A DNA stretch of 64,000 nucleotides from Planctomycetota bacterium. GTDB lineage: Bacteria; Planctomycetota; J058. The notes under the pieces are model-generated. The model had not been told where the DNA came from. It ran no database searches and worked only from the letters and a program-made list of their open reading frames with translations. Made by a program: the position numbers and the translations under genes. The DNA is taken from NCBI GenBank assembly GCA_019636275.1, contig JAHBXY010000019.1, positions 8,764 to 72,763 on the forward strand. The letters are read 5' to 3'. Shown piece after piece: positions 48,477 through 60,093 of the stretch (position 1 is its first letter; every line of letters begins with the position of its first letter).

Positions 48477-51169
48477 ATGGAAATCCGTAAGTTGTCGCCG
48501 GGCGACCGCATCCTCGACTACCGCATCCTCGAGCGCCTGGGCGAGGGCGGCTTCGGGGAGGTGTTCCGCGCCGAGCACGAGGTGCTCGGGCGGATCGTCG
48601 CCATCAAGGTCCCGCGGGACCAGGGCAGCCTCACGGCCCTGCGGCACGAGGGCGTGGTCCAGGCGTCGCTCGACCACCCCAACATCGTGCGCACGCTGGA
48701 GCTGAGCATCTCCCACGACCCGCCCTACGTCGTCATGGAGTACGTCGCCGGCGCGTCGCTGGCCGACCTCCTGCGCCGCGACGGGGCGCTGCCGTGGCGC
48801 CGGGCGGGCAAGGTCCTGCTCGAGGTGGCCCGAGCGCTGGCCCACGCGCACGGCCACGGGGTCGTCCACGGCGACGTGAAGCCGGGCAACGTCCTGGTGG
48901 AGAACGCCCGCATGACCGCCCCGGGGCAGCCGGCGCGCGTGCTGCTGACCGACTTCGGGCTCGGCCGCGTGTTCGAGGGGCCGCAGGGCTGCCTGCAGAT
49001 CTCGCGCAGCCTGGAGCTGGCCACGTCGGGCACCGAGGTCCAGGGCACGATCCGCTACCTGGCGCCGGAGCTGCTCCGCGGCGAGACGGCCGACGAGCGG
49101 GCCGACGTCTACTCGTTCGGCGTGCTCCTGTTCGAGATCCTGACCGGCCGCCTGCCCGAGGGGCGCGAGGTGCCGAGCGACCTGGCGCGCGACCTTCCGC
49201 CCGAGTTCGACCGGATCTTCGCTCGCACCTTCACGCGGCGGGAGCGGCGGCCGCGGTCGCTCGGGCCGACGATCGAGGACCTCGAGCAGGTGCTCGGTGA
49301 GCGGGTCGCGATCAAGGCGCCCGAGGCGCCGGCGCCGGCGCCGACGAACCTCGTCGTGCGGGCGGAGCCGGCGGCGCCGCCGCCGGTGGTCGCCTGCGCC
49401 GCGCCGCCGGTCGTCCGGGCGATCCCGGCCAGCCCGGGCCGGCGACCGCCCGCGCTGCGGCCGCTGGCACGCGTCGCCGCCCGCCGCCGGGGTGGCGCCG
49501 CCGCCGCCCGAGGTCGTGGCCGCCGTGCCCGCGCCGGCCCCGCGGCGCCGGTGGCCGCGATGCCGGCCGTCCCGGCCGCGTTCGCGCGCTGGCGCGACGC
49601 CGTCGTCGCGCAGGTCCGCGACCGCATGACGGCGGTGCGGGCGATGAACGTGAGCGACGGGCAGGGCTTCGACGTGTGCTTCGGCGTCAGCGCCGACGGC
49701 GAGCCGCACCACCGCGTCTACGCCCTGTTCCTCCCCGTCCTCGACGCGGCGACGGCGCGCTCGACGGTGGCCACGGCGCGGCAGATCTTCGAGCGCGAGA
49801 AGGGGATCTGGGAGAAGGAGGTCACCTTCGCGGTGGTCGCGCAGCAGGTGCGCGACCTCGACCAGGTGCTCTGGGCGTTCAAGTCGTTCTCGATGGGCTG
49901 GTGGCGCCGCCGCCGCATGATGCTCCACGACCTGGAGAGCGACCGCCTCTACGCGGCGGAGCTCGGCTGCGACCCGCGCGGCAACCCGCTCAAGCGCGCG
50001 TTCCTCGACGCCTCGTTCGAGGCGGTGCGGGCCGTCCCGCGAGGCGAGCCCGAGGTCACGGCCACGCCGGTGCGCCGGCGCTCGGTCCGCGGCACGGCGT
50101 GGGGCGCGGCCCTGGCCCTGATCATGGCCGTCGGCCTCATGGGCAGCGTCATGGCGATCGAGTTCGCCAGCCGGCAGGTGCGCAAGAGCCGGGCGCGGAA
50201 GAAGGCCACGCCCACGCTGACGACGGCCCTCGAGGGCCCGAGCCGCGCCGCGGCGACCTCGCGCCAGGCCGAGGGCGCGGTCGCCCCGCGGGCACCGGAG
50301 TCGCCCGACGCCGCGATCGCCCCGCGCGCCACGGGCTCGGCGACGACGCTCGACGGCGCCGTCGCCCCGCGCGCCCCAGGCTCGGCCACCGAGGGCGCCG
50401 TCGCCCGCGCGCGCCCGGGCTCGGCCCCGAGGGGCGCCGTCGCCCGCGGGCGCCCGGCTCGGCCACCGAGGGCGCCGTCGCCCCGCGCGCCCCGGGCTCG
50501 GCCACCGGGCGCCGTCGCCCCGCCGCGCCAGGCTCGGCCACCGGGGGCGCCGTCGCCCCGCGGGCACCCGGCTCGGCCACCGAGGGCGCCGTCGCCCCGC
50601 AGGCGCCCGGCTCGGCCACCGGGGGGCCGTCGCCCCAGGCGCCCGGCTCGGCCACCGAGGGCGCCGTCGCCCCGCGTGCGCCCGGCTCGGCCACCGAGGG
50701 CGCCGTCGCCCCGCAGGCGCCCGGCTCGGCCACCGAGGGCGCCGTCGCCCCGCGGGCGCCCGGCTCGGCCACCGGGGGCGCCGTCGCCCGCGTGCGCCCG
50801 GCTCGGCCACCGAGGGCGCCGTCGCCCCGCGGGCGCCCGGCTCGGCCACCGAGGGGCGCCGTCGCCCCGCGGGCGCCCGGCTCGGCCACCGGGGCGCCGT
50901 CGCCCCGCGTGCGCCGGTTCGGCCACCGGGCGCCGTCGCCCCGCGTGCGCCCGGCTCGGCCACCGATGGCGCCGTCGCCCGCGTGCCGGCTACGGCCACC
51001 GGGGCGCCGTCGCCCGCGTGCCCCGGGCTCGGCCACCGAGGGCGCCGTCGCCCCGCGCGCGCCCGGCTCGGCCACCGAGGGCGCCGTCGCCCCGCGTCGC
51101 AAGGTCCCCGCGCGCGTGCCCGACGAGTTCACGCCGCGCGAGGAGCCGCGGGTCCTCGAGTGGTTCTGA
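48477..51169 (+). CDS. kinase-like protein (probable pseudokinase, HGD loop) – TM – (GSATEGAVAPRAP)n repeat protein; the frame is scrambled inside the repeats
   Basis: GEGGFGEV, AIKV, VHGDVKPGNVL, DFGLGR, YLAPE; TM GAALALIMAVGLMGSVMAI. The repeat region is open in all three frames; a clean non-repeat C-terminus (…PDEFTPREEPRVLEWF*) and a stop at 51169 are in frame 2. Confidence 0.55.
50270..51110 (+). repeat. about 20 tandem copies of a 39-bp unit (cccggctcggccaccgagggcgccgtcgccccgcgggcg) with ±1-nt variants
   Basis: Direct visual periodicity; the translated motif PGSATEGAVAPRA hops between frames. Confidence 0.8.
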
Positions 51170-51194
51170 CCTGAACGAAGAACGGTCTCCCGCC

Positions 51195-51223
51195 GCGCCC
51201 GGCCTCCACACGAGGCCGGGCGC
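51195..51223 (+). terminator. perfect 10-bp GC hairpin after the repeat-protein stop
   Basis: gcgcccggcc-tccacacga-ggccgggcgc; no U-tract. Confidence 0.35.
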
Positions 51224-51329
51224 GCGCGTTCCGGATCAACACGCCCTCTGCTCCCTCTGCTCCTCTGTGGTGAACCATCGAAGCCAGGGCGAGGTTGACC
51301 GTACACCTCACGGAGCGATAGAAGGGGGC

Positions 51330-52163
51330 ATGCCCCCCACCGCCGTCGAGAAGAAGCTCAAGGTCGGCCGCAGCCTCGCCGCCCAGGCCGACCCCTACGC
51401 GCTCTACCAGCGCGCCGTCCAGCAGCCGGACGCCGACCTGGACTTCGTCTCGCGCGTCTTCCGCCGCCGCTACGGCCGCCCGCCGCGCGACGTGCGCGAG
51501 GACTTCTGCGCCGCGGCGTTCACGGCCTGCCACTGGGTGCGCCGCAACCGCGAGAACCGGGCCTGGGGCGTGGACCTCGACCCCGCGCCGCTGGCCTGGG
51601 GCCGGACCCACAACGTGTCGGGGCTGCGCGACGACCAGCGGGCGCGCCTGACGCTCGTCCAGGCCGACGTCCTGGCGCCGTCGGTCGTGCCGCCGGTGGA
51701 CATCGTGCTCGCGCAGAACTTCTCCTACTTCATCTTCAAGACGCGCGAGGCCCTGCGCAGCTACTTCGCGGCGGCGCGCGCGGGCCTGCGCCCCGAGGGC
51801 CTCCTCGTGCTCGACCTGTTCGGCGGGCCCGACTCGCAGCGCATGGGAGAGGAGCGCACCCGGCACAAGGGCTTCACCTACGTGTGGGACCAGGCGCGCT
51901 ACGACGCGATCACCAACGAGATCCTGTGCCACATCCACTTCGAGTTCCCCGACCGGAGCAAGCTGCGCAAGGCGTTCAGCTACGACTGGCGCCTGTGGAC
52001 GATCCGCGAGGTGCGCGAGCTCCTGGCCGAGGCCGGCTTCCAGGCCTCCGAGGCCTACTGGGAGGGGGCCACGGCCGAGGGCGAGGGCAACGGGATCTAC
52101 ACGCGACGCGAGTCGGCGATCAACGAGGACTCGTGGCTGGCGTACGTCGTCGGGATCGCCTGA
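51330..52163 (+). CDS. class I SAM-dependent methyltransferase-like protein
   Basis: Own start with an AGAAGGGGG Shine–Dalgarno (gaagggggcATG). Motifs …LVLDLFGGPD… and a Rossmann-like β-strand pattern. The 1228-aa fused ORF is judged an artefact. Confidence 0.6.
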   Translation: MPPTAVEKKLKVGRSLAAQADPYALYQRAVQQPDADLDFVSRVFRRRYGRPPRDVREDFCAAAFTACHWVRRNRENRAWGVDLDPAPLAWGRTHNVSGLRDDQRARLTLVQADVLAPSVVPPVDIVLAQNFSYFIFKTREALRSYFAAARAGLRPEGLLVLDLFGGPDSQRMGEERTRHKGFTYVWDQARYDAITNEILCHIHFEFPDRSKLRKAFSYDWRLWTIREVRELLAEAGFQASEAYWEGATAEGEGNGIYTRRESAINEDSWLAYVVGIA

Positions 52164-52233
52164 CCGCGCCGACCGGCCTCGACCTCTCGCGGCGCGCTGG
52201 CCCGGGTCGGGGCCGAGGGCTACACTCCAGCCG

Positions 52234-53652
52234 ATGATGCTCGAGGACGCGGAGATCCTCCTGGGCAAGATCGCCATCGGCCGCGCCTACCTGAGCCGCG
52301 AGAACGCCCTCAAGGTCGTGGAGACGCTGTCCGAGTGGGGACGCGCCGGGCGTCGCGAGCCGTTCCACTCGGCCGCCGTGCGCCTGGGCTTCCTGGAGCG
52401 GCGCCGCGCCGAGGAGCTGCTCGCCCTGCTCGGCTCGGGCGAGCTGATCTGCCGCGGCCGCTGCGGGCGGCGGGTCCGGCTGGCGCACCTGCACCCGCGC
52501 GACTCTGTCGCCTGCGCCATCTGCGGCGGCCCGCTCTACCTCGCCGTCGGCCCGGCGCCGGTCGCCGCCGCGGACGCCGCGCCCGCCGAGCCCGGGCGGC
52601 GCACCGTCCTCGACCTCGCCGTCCCCGACCTCGGTGACGACCCGGCGCCCGCGCTCGCCTCGCACGAGGACGACCTGCCGACGCTCGCCGCGCGCGCCGG
52701 CGACGACGGCGAGCGGACCGAGGAGCTCGACGCGCCGACGCGGGCGCCCACGGGCGGCGCGGAGGGCGGCGCCGATCCGCTCGACCGAACGTGGCGCTCC
52801 GACGCGCCGGCGGGCGAGGAGTTCGCGCCCTTCGCCGTGGGTGACCTGCAGGTGCTCGCCCCGATCGGGCGCGGCGGCATGGGCAGCGTCTACCGCGCGC
52901 GCTGGCGCGGCCAGGCCGTGGCCGTGAAGATCCTCTCCGCCTCGCCGGACCACCCCGAGGTGATCGCCCGCTTCCAGCGCGAGGTGAAGCTGGCCGGCGC
53001 GCTCGACCACCTGAACATCGTGCGCGTCCTTGCCACGGGCGTCCTCCCCGACGAGGGCACGGAGCGCGGGCGGCCCTACTTCGTCATGGACCACGTCCAG
53101 GGCCGCGACCTCGCCGCCTGGGCCAAGGAGCGCCCGCGCGCGCTGGGCGAGTGCGTGCGCATGGTCGTGACCCTGTGCCAGGCCATGGAGCACGCCCACT
53201 CGCGCGGCGTGATCCACCGCGACCTCAAGCCCGCCAACGTGGTCGTGCGCGCGAAGGACGACCAGCCGATGATCTGCGACTTCGGCCTGGCGAAGGTCAA
53301 GGCCGAGCTGCAGGACCTGACCCGCACGGGGGACATCCTGGGCACGCCCAGCTACATGCCGCCCGAGCAGGCGCTCGGGCACCGGCAGAAGATCGGCCCG
53401 CCGACGGACGTCTACGCCCTCGGCGCCCTCCTCTACCACCTCGTGACCGGGCGCCCGCCGTTCCTCGCGGCGTCGGCGTTCCTGACCATCGCCAGGGTGA
53501 TCAAGGAGCCGCCCGAGCCGCCGCGCGCCCTCAACCCGGCCGTGCCGCCGGCGCTCGAGCAGGTGCTCCTGAAGGCGCTCGAGAAGGACCCCGTCGCGCG
53601 CTACCACACGTGCGGCGAGCTGCGGACGGCGCTGGAGCGGCTGGGGCTCTGA
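52234..53652 (+). CDS. Ser/Thr protein kinase with N-terminal T2SSE_N/MshEN-like domain and zinc ribbon
   Basis: N-terminal …FHSAAVRLGFLERRRAEELLALL… then CRGRCG…CAICGG. Kinase motifs IGRGGMGSVY, AVKIL, HRDLKPANVV, DFGLAK, SYMPPE. Confidence 0.85.
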   Translation: MMLEDAEILLGKIAIGRAYLSRENALKVVETLSEWGRAGRREPFHSAAVRLGFLERRRAEELLALLGSGELICRGRCGRRVRLAHLHPRDSVACAICGGPLYLAVGPAPVAAADAAPAEPGRRTVLDLAVPDLGDDPAPALASHEDDLPTLAARAGDDGERTEELDAPTRAPTGGAEGGADPLDRTWRSDAPAGEEFAPFAVGDLQVLAPIGRGGMGSVYRARWRGQAVAVKILSASPDHPEVIARFQREVKLAGALDHLNIVRVLATGVLPDEGTERGRPYFVMDHVQGRDLAAWAKERPRALGECVRMVVTLCQAMEHAHSRGVIHRDLKPANVVVRAKDDQPMICDFGLAKVKAELQDLTRTGDILGTPSYMPPEQALGHRQKIGPPTDVYALGALLYHLVTGRPPFLAASAFLTIARVIKEPPEPPRALNPAVPPALEQVLLKALEKDPVARYHTCGELRTALERLGL

Positions 53653-53673
53653 CCGCGATGAGCGAGCTCGAGC

Positions 53674-54138
53674 TCAGGTCGCCGCGGAGTCCTCGGGCAT
53701 CTCCTCCTCGACCTCGTTGGGGTTGATGTCCCCGTCGCGGATCGAGAGGGCCAGGCCGACGATGCGGGTCATGTGCTCGACCGACCCGTCCTGCAGGAAC
53801 ACGACGTTCGAGGCGCGCCCGGCGATGCGGTGGCGCGGCGGCCGGTTCCGGGGCTCGACGACGACCGCGATGATCGGCTCGTTCTGCGCGCCCTTGTTGA
53901 TCTCCTGCACCAGCTCCTTGGTGTCGTAGAGGTCGGAGTGCGCGTCGAGGACGGCGAGGTCGAACACGTCGTCCTTCAGCATCTTCAGCGCCTCGCGCCG
54001 CCCCGGCACCGTGATGATCTGGTGCCCCTCCTGGGCGATGCGGCGGGAGAACTCGCGCCGCTTGGCCCGGTCGGGCGCGATGTCCAGGACCTTGAGCCTC
54101 GAGCCATCCCGACCGTCCGACGCGAAGTCCGAAGCCAT
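53674..54138 (-). CDS. single-domain response regulator (receiver) with atypical acidic pocket
   Basis: LKVLDIAPD…DLAVLDAHS…IIAVVV…K-like pattern; 154 aa. Confidence 0.6.
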   Translation of the reverse strand: MASDFASDGRDGSRLKVLDIAPDRAKRREFSRRIAQEGHQIITVPGRREALKMLKDDVFDLAVLDAHSDLYDTKELVQEINKGAQNEPIIAVVVEPRNRPPRHRIAGRASNVVFLQDGSVEHMTRIVGLALSIRDGDINPNEVEEEMPEDSAAT

Positions 54139-54272
54139 CAGTCCCCCTCCTCTGGCTGGGTACAGCCCCCGGATGCTACCCGGGGCGCCCAGGACGTCAA
54201 GATGGGCGGCAGATGGGCCCCGGGGCGCTCGGCCCCGGCCAGGGCCGCCGTGAAGCTTGACGGGGGAGCGGC

Positions 54273-54521
54273 TCAGGCGGGGGTGATGCTGGCGATCTTC
54301 AGCTCGACCCAGCGGTTGTTCACGAAGGGCCGCAGGATGAGCGTGTAGCGGCGGCCGACCTCGAGCCGCACCCCGGGCAGCTCCTTGAGCTGGCCCTCGA
54401 ACAGGTGCAGGGTCTGGCCGTCCTCGCTCACGAGCCGGACCTCGTGGTACTCGCGGCCGAACTGGTTCGTGCCCTCGCTCGTGACCTCGACGACGGCCTC
54501 GAGCCGCTGGTCGAGCAGCAC
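54273..54521 (-). CDS. hypothetical small protein
   Basis: GTG start 1 nt after the upstream stop; 82 aa; no motif. Confidence 0.3.
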   Translation of the reverse strand: MLLDQRLEAVVEVTSEGTNQFGREYHEVRLVSEDGQTLHLFEGQLKELPGVRLEVGRRYTLILRPFVNNRWVELKIASITPA

Positions 54522-54522
54522 G

Positions 54523-54933
54523 TCAGTGCTTGTCCACGCCGAAGAGGTCGCGCTCGTAGCGGTCGGCATAGGCGGCGAGGTTGCCGATCGCCGCGCCGAC
54601 CTCCATGGGGTCGGCGTCCTGGACGAGCTGCGTGTCCATGAGGACGAGCTGCTCCTCCTTCAGCGCGAACGCGCCGTAGCACAGGCGCGCGTTCTCCTCG
54701 AGGCAGCGGCGGAACTCGATGTCGTCGGCCGGCCCGATCACGCTCCAGTAGCGCACGATCTGCTGGTCGGCGATGTCCTGGTCCTCGGTGATGAGCACGA
54801 CCTGCGAGCGGCCGTTGCCCGTCGGCACCTCGATGGACAGGGCGCCGCCCTCGGCGGTCACCTGCCAGCCGCACGCCTTGGCGATGCTGTCGACGATCTC
54901 GCGGAACCTCACGGGGGCCTCCGGGGGCCGCAT
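54523..54933 (-). CDS. hypothetical protein (YbjN-like?)
   Basis: 136 aa starting MRPPEAPVRF; the longer listed ORF is upstream frame noise. Confidence 0.4.
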   Translation of the reverse strand: MRPPEAPVRFREIVDSIAKACGWQVTAEGGALSIEVPTGNGRSQVVLITEDQDIADQQIVRYWSVIGPADDIEFRRCLEENARLCYGAFALKEEQLVLMDTQLVQDADPMEVGAAIGNLAAYADRYERDLFGVDKH

Positions 54934-54982
54934 GATACCATCGGCGCCTCGACGGCTGCGGCCGCCGTAGGTCAGGTCCGCC

Positions 54983-55816
54983 ATGCCCGAGCTCCCCGAG
55001 GTCGAGACCATGCGGCGCGGGATCGCCGGCGCCCTGGGGGCGCGCGTCGCCGACGTCGTCCGGCCGCCGCGGTCGCGCCTGCGCCCCATGACGATCGAGC
55101 CGGCCGGGCCGCGGCTGCGGGCCCGCCTGCGCGGGGCCACGATCACGGACGTCGGCCGCGTCGGCAAGCGGGTGGTCCTGGGGCTCGGCACGGGCGATCG
55201 CCTGGTGTTCGAGCCGCGGATGACCGGCCTCGTCCTGTTCCGCGACCCGCCCTCGGCCGAGCACGTGCGCCTGCGCCTGACCCTCGAGGGCGCCCCCTGG
55301 CCCGAGCTGATCTTCTGGGACCGACGCGGGCTCGGCACCGTGCGCCTGCTCGACGACGCCGGCTTCCGCGCGGCCTGCGGCCCGCCGCGCCTCGGCCCCG
55401 ACGCGCTGGGCCTGCCGCTCGAGGCCCTCCGCGCGCGCCTCGAGGGGCGCCGGCGGCCGATCAAGGTGGCCCTCCTCGACCAGGCCGCGCTGGCGGGCGT
55501 GGGCAACATCTACGCCGCCGAGGCCCTGCACCGCGCCTGCATCCACCCGGCCCGCCCCTGCGACCGGCTCGCGCCGGGCGAGTGGGCGGCCCTTCACCGC
55601 GCCCTGCAGGGGGTCCTCGACGAGGCGATCCGGGCCCGCGGCTCGACGCTCTCCGACCGGACCTACCGCGCCGCCGACAGCGCCGAGGGCGGGTTCCAGC
55701 TGGCGCATCTCGTCTACGCCCGCGCCGGCCAGCCGTGCCGCGGCTGCGGCGCGGCGGTCGCGCGCATCGTGCAGGCCCAGCGCTCGACCTTCTTCTGCCC
55801 GACCTGCCAGGTGTGA
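54983..55816 (+). CDS. mutM: formamidopyrimidine-DNA glycosylase
   Basis: N-terminal MPELPEVE (catalytic Pro2/Glu3) and a C-terminal zinc finger CRGCG…CPTCQ. Confidence 0.9.
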   Translation: MPELPEVETMRRGIAGALGARVADVVRPPRSRLRPMTIEPAGPRLRARLRGATITDVGRVGKRVVLGLGTGDRLVFEPRMTGLVLFRDPPSAEHVRLRLTLEGAPWPELIFWDRRGLGTVRLLDDAGFRAACGPPRLGPDALGLPLEALRARLEGRRRPIKVALLDQAALAGVGNIYAAEALHRACIHPARPCDRLAPGEWAALHRALQGVLDEAIRARGSTLSDRTYRAADSAEGGFQLAHLVYARAGQPCRGCGAAVARIVQAQRSTFFCPTCQV

Positions 55817-55925
55817 TGCGTCCGGATCCGCACGTGGCCGCCTCTCATGGGGTTCAGGTCACAGCCATTGCCAGGGAGGCCCCCGGGGGGCAACCTGGGG
55901 CCCCCCCGAGGATCAGGAGAGAACC

Positions 55926-58424
<2,499 letters not shown>

Positions 58425-58499
58425 GGGCTGGTCCCGGGTTGTCCCGCGGCGCCCGCCTGGGACAATCGCACGCCGATCGAGCTGCAAGAGGAGGGGCGG

Positions 58500-58880
58500 A
58501 TGAGCACCTGGCGGGTCACGTACGTGGGCGAGGGGATCGCCCAGATCGACGGCGTCGGCAACTTCCAGAAGCACACCACCGCCTCGGTCGCCGAGGAGGT
58601 GGCCGCCCGGCTCAAGGGTGACGCCCGCTGGCAGGTCGTCGCGCCCGGCGCGACGCCGCCCGCCGCCCCGGCGGCCCCCGCGGAGAAGAAGCCCGAGCCC
58701 GCGCCCGCCCCGGCGGCGGAGAAGAAGCCCGAGCCCGCGCCCGCCCCGGCGGCGGCCGAGAAGAAGCCCGAGCCGGCGACGGAGAAGAAGCCCGAGCCGG
58801 CCAAGGCCGACGACAAGCCCAAGGTCGACGACAAGCCCAAGGCCGACGACAAGCCCAAGGCCGACGCGCCCAAGGCGTAG
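58500..58880 (+). CDS. small protein with a folded N-terminal domain and a histone-H1-like Lys/Pro/Ala repeat tail
   Basis: (EKKPEPAPAPAA)x3 then (DDKPK)x3; 126 aa. Confidence 0.5.
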   Translation: MSTWRVTYVGEGIAQIDGVGNFQKHTTASVAEEVAARLKGDARWQVVAPGATPPAAPAAPAEKKPEPAPAPAAEKKPEPAPAPAAAEKKPEPATEKKPEPAKADDKPKVDDKPKADDKPKADAPKA

Positions 58881-58883
58881 GGC

Positions 58884-59198
58884 CTACTCGTCCTGATCGC
58901 GGTGCGGGAGGAGGAAGTTGATCTCCACCCCGTGCCGTCCGAGGGCCTTCGACTTCACGACGCCGGCGCGCTCGAGCACCCGCAGGCTGCGGCGGATCGA
59001 CACGGGCGAGCGCCCGCACTGGTCCGAGAGCATCTGGCAGGTGCCCTTCCAGCGGCCCCCGAGCAGGACCGGCAGGAGGTGGGCGAGGGTGGCCTCGGCG
59101 GCCAGGATGGTCGAGCCCGACGCCCCCACCTGCTCCAACCGGCGCCGCATGTCGAACAGGATCGTGTGGATCAACGTGGCGCACGTGCTGAGCTTCAT
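58884..59198 (-). CDS. hypothetical winged-helix protein
   Basis: VSIRRSLRVLERAGVV helix-turn-helix-like segment; 104 aa. Confidence 0.35.
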   Translation of the reverse strand: MKLSTCATLIHTILFDMRRRLEQVGASGSTILAAEATLAHLLPVLLGGRWKGTCQMLSDQCGRSPVSIRRSLRVLERAGVVKSKALGRHGVEINFLLPHRDQDE

Positions 59199-59385
59199 GC
59201 CTGACGTTACTCAAGCGGCGCGCCACCCGATCGGATGAGGTCGGCCAGACGTAACCGCCGTCAGCACAATGGCTGGGACGCTCCCCGACCCGGCTGGACA
59301 TGTCTCGCATTGAGACGTGCGCATCGAATCGAGACGCCGCGCTCCAGGGGCTGGCGCTGACACCCCGGAGGGCGCGGCGACGCGG

Positions 59386-59931
59386 TCAGCGACCTTCGAC
59401 CACCTGGCGATGCGCTCTCCGCCAGGTCCAGGGCGTCTCGAAGTCCACCGGGCGCGCGCGCGCGACCACCTGCGCGGCGATCTCGGGGAAGCCGCCGTCG
59501 CCGTAGAGCCCGACCGTCTCGCAGGCCAGGCCCGCCTCGACCAGGAGCACCGCGAGCGGCACGTCGTCGACGAGGACGTGGACGAGCTCGCGCCCGCGCG
59601 CGTCCGCCCGGCCGCTGCGCAGGATGCTGGCCTGCCGCGCGCCGCGCAGGGCGTCCTCGACCAGCGCCCGCGCGCGCCCGGCCCAGGGCTCCTGGTCGCC
59701 GTCGAACCAGGGCGCCGCGCACTCGGGCGTGTCGACGGCCAGGAAGCGCAGGAGGCGCCCCTCGTGGACGACGGTGTCGCCGTCGAGCACGACGATCGCC
59801 CGCGGGTCGACCTCCTCGCGGCCGACCCGGGGCGGGTCGAAGTAGCGCCCGCGCGCGGCGGCCAGGAGCAGCCAGCCGACGAGCAGGCCCAGGAGCGTGA
59901 CGGCGCGAGCGATCCGGCGGGCGCGGGACAT
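59386..59931 (-). CDS. thermonuclease (staphylococcal-nuclease-like) with N-terminal TM/signal anchor
   Basis: IVVLDGDTVV SNase motif plus Arg/Glu catalytic residues; hydrophobic N-terminus. Confidence 0.7.
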   Translation of the reverse strand: MSRARRIARAVTLLGLLVGWLLLAAARGRYFDPPRVGREEVDPRAIVVLDGDTVVHEGRLLRFLAVDTPECAAPWFDGDQEPWAGRARALVEDALRGARQASILRSGRADARGRELVHVLVDDVPLAVLLVEAGLACETVGLYGDGGFPEIAAQVVARARPVDFETPWTWRRAHRQVVEGR

Positions 59932-60093
59932 GATGCCGCGGCGCGAGGCGAACCGCGGGCCGCCCGGCGGCCGTTACGCCGTCAGCGCCCCACACGACCG
60001 CTCCGAGCGGGGGCCGCTCGCCGCGGGCAGGCCTTGCCCGCCGGGCGCCCCGGGCGCGACGCAGTCGTCGCACGCTCGTCGCTCAGACGTCGG

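Noticed and set aside
48288-50999. 903-aa antisense ORF across the pseudokinase and repeat array
   Set aside because: Open only because the tandem repeat lacks stops in any frame; RGAP-rich with no motifs.
50270-51110. Possible CRISPR array (regular approximately 39-bp repeats)
   Set aside because: The repeats are directly tandem with no spacers, lie inside a coding region, and translate to a periodic peptide. No cas genes are present.
48477-52163. Single 1228-aa protein fusing the kinase-like gene, the repeats and the methyltransferase
   Set aside because: The frame is scrambled inside the repeats. A clean stop at 51169 in the repeat-consensus frame, a terminator-like hairpin, and a strong Shine–Dalgarno plus ATG at 51330 indicate two genes.
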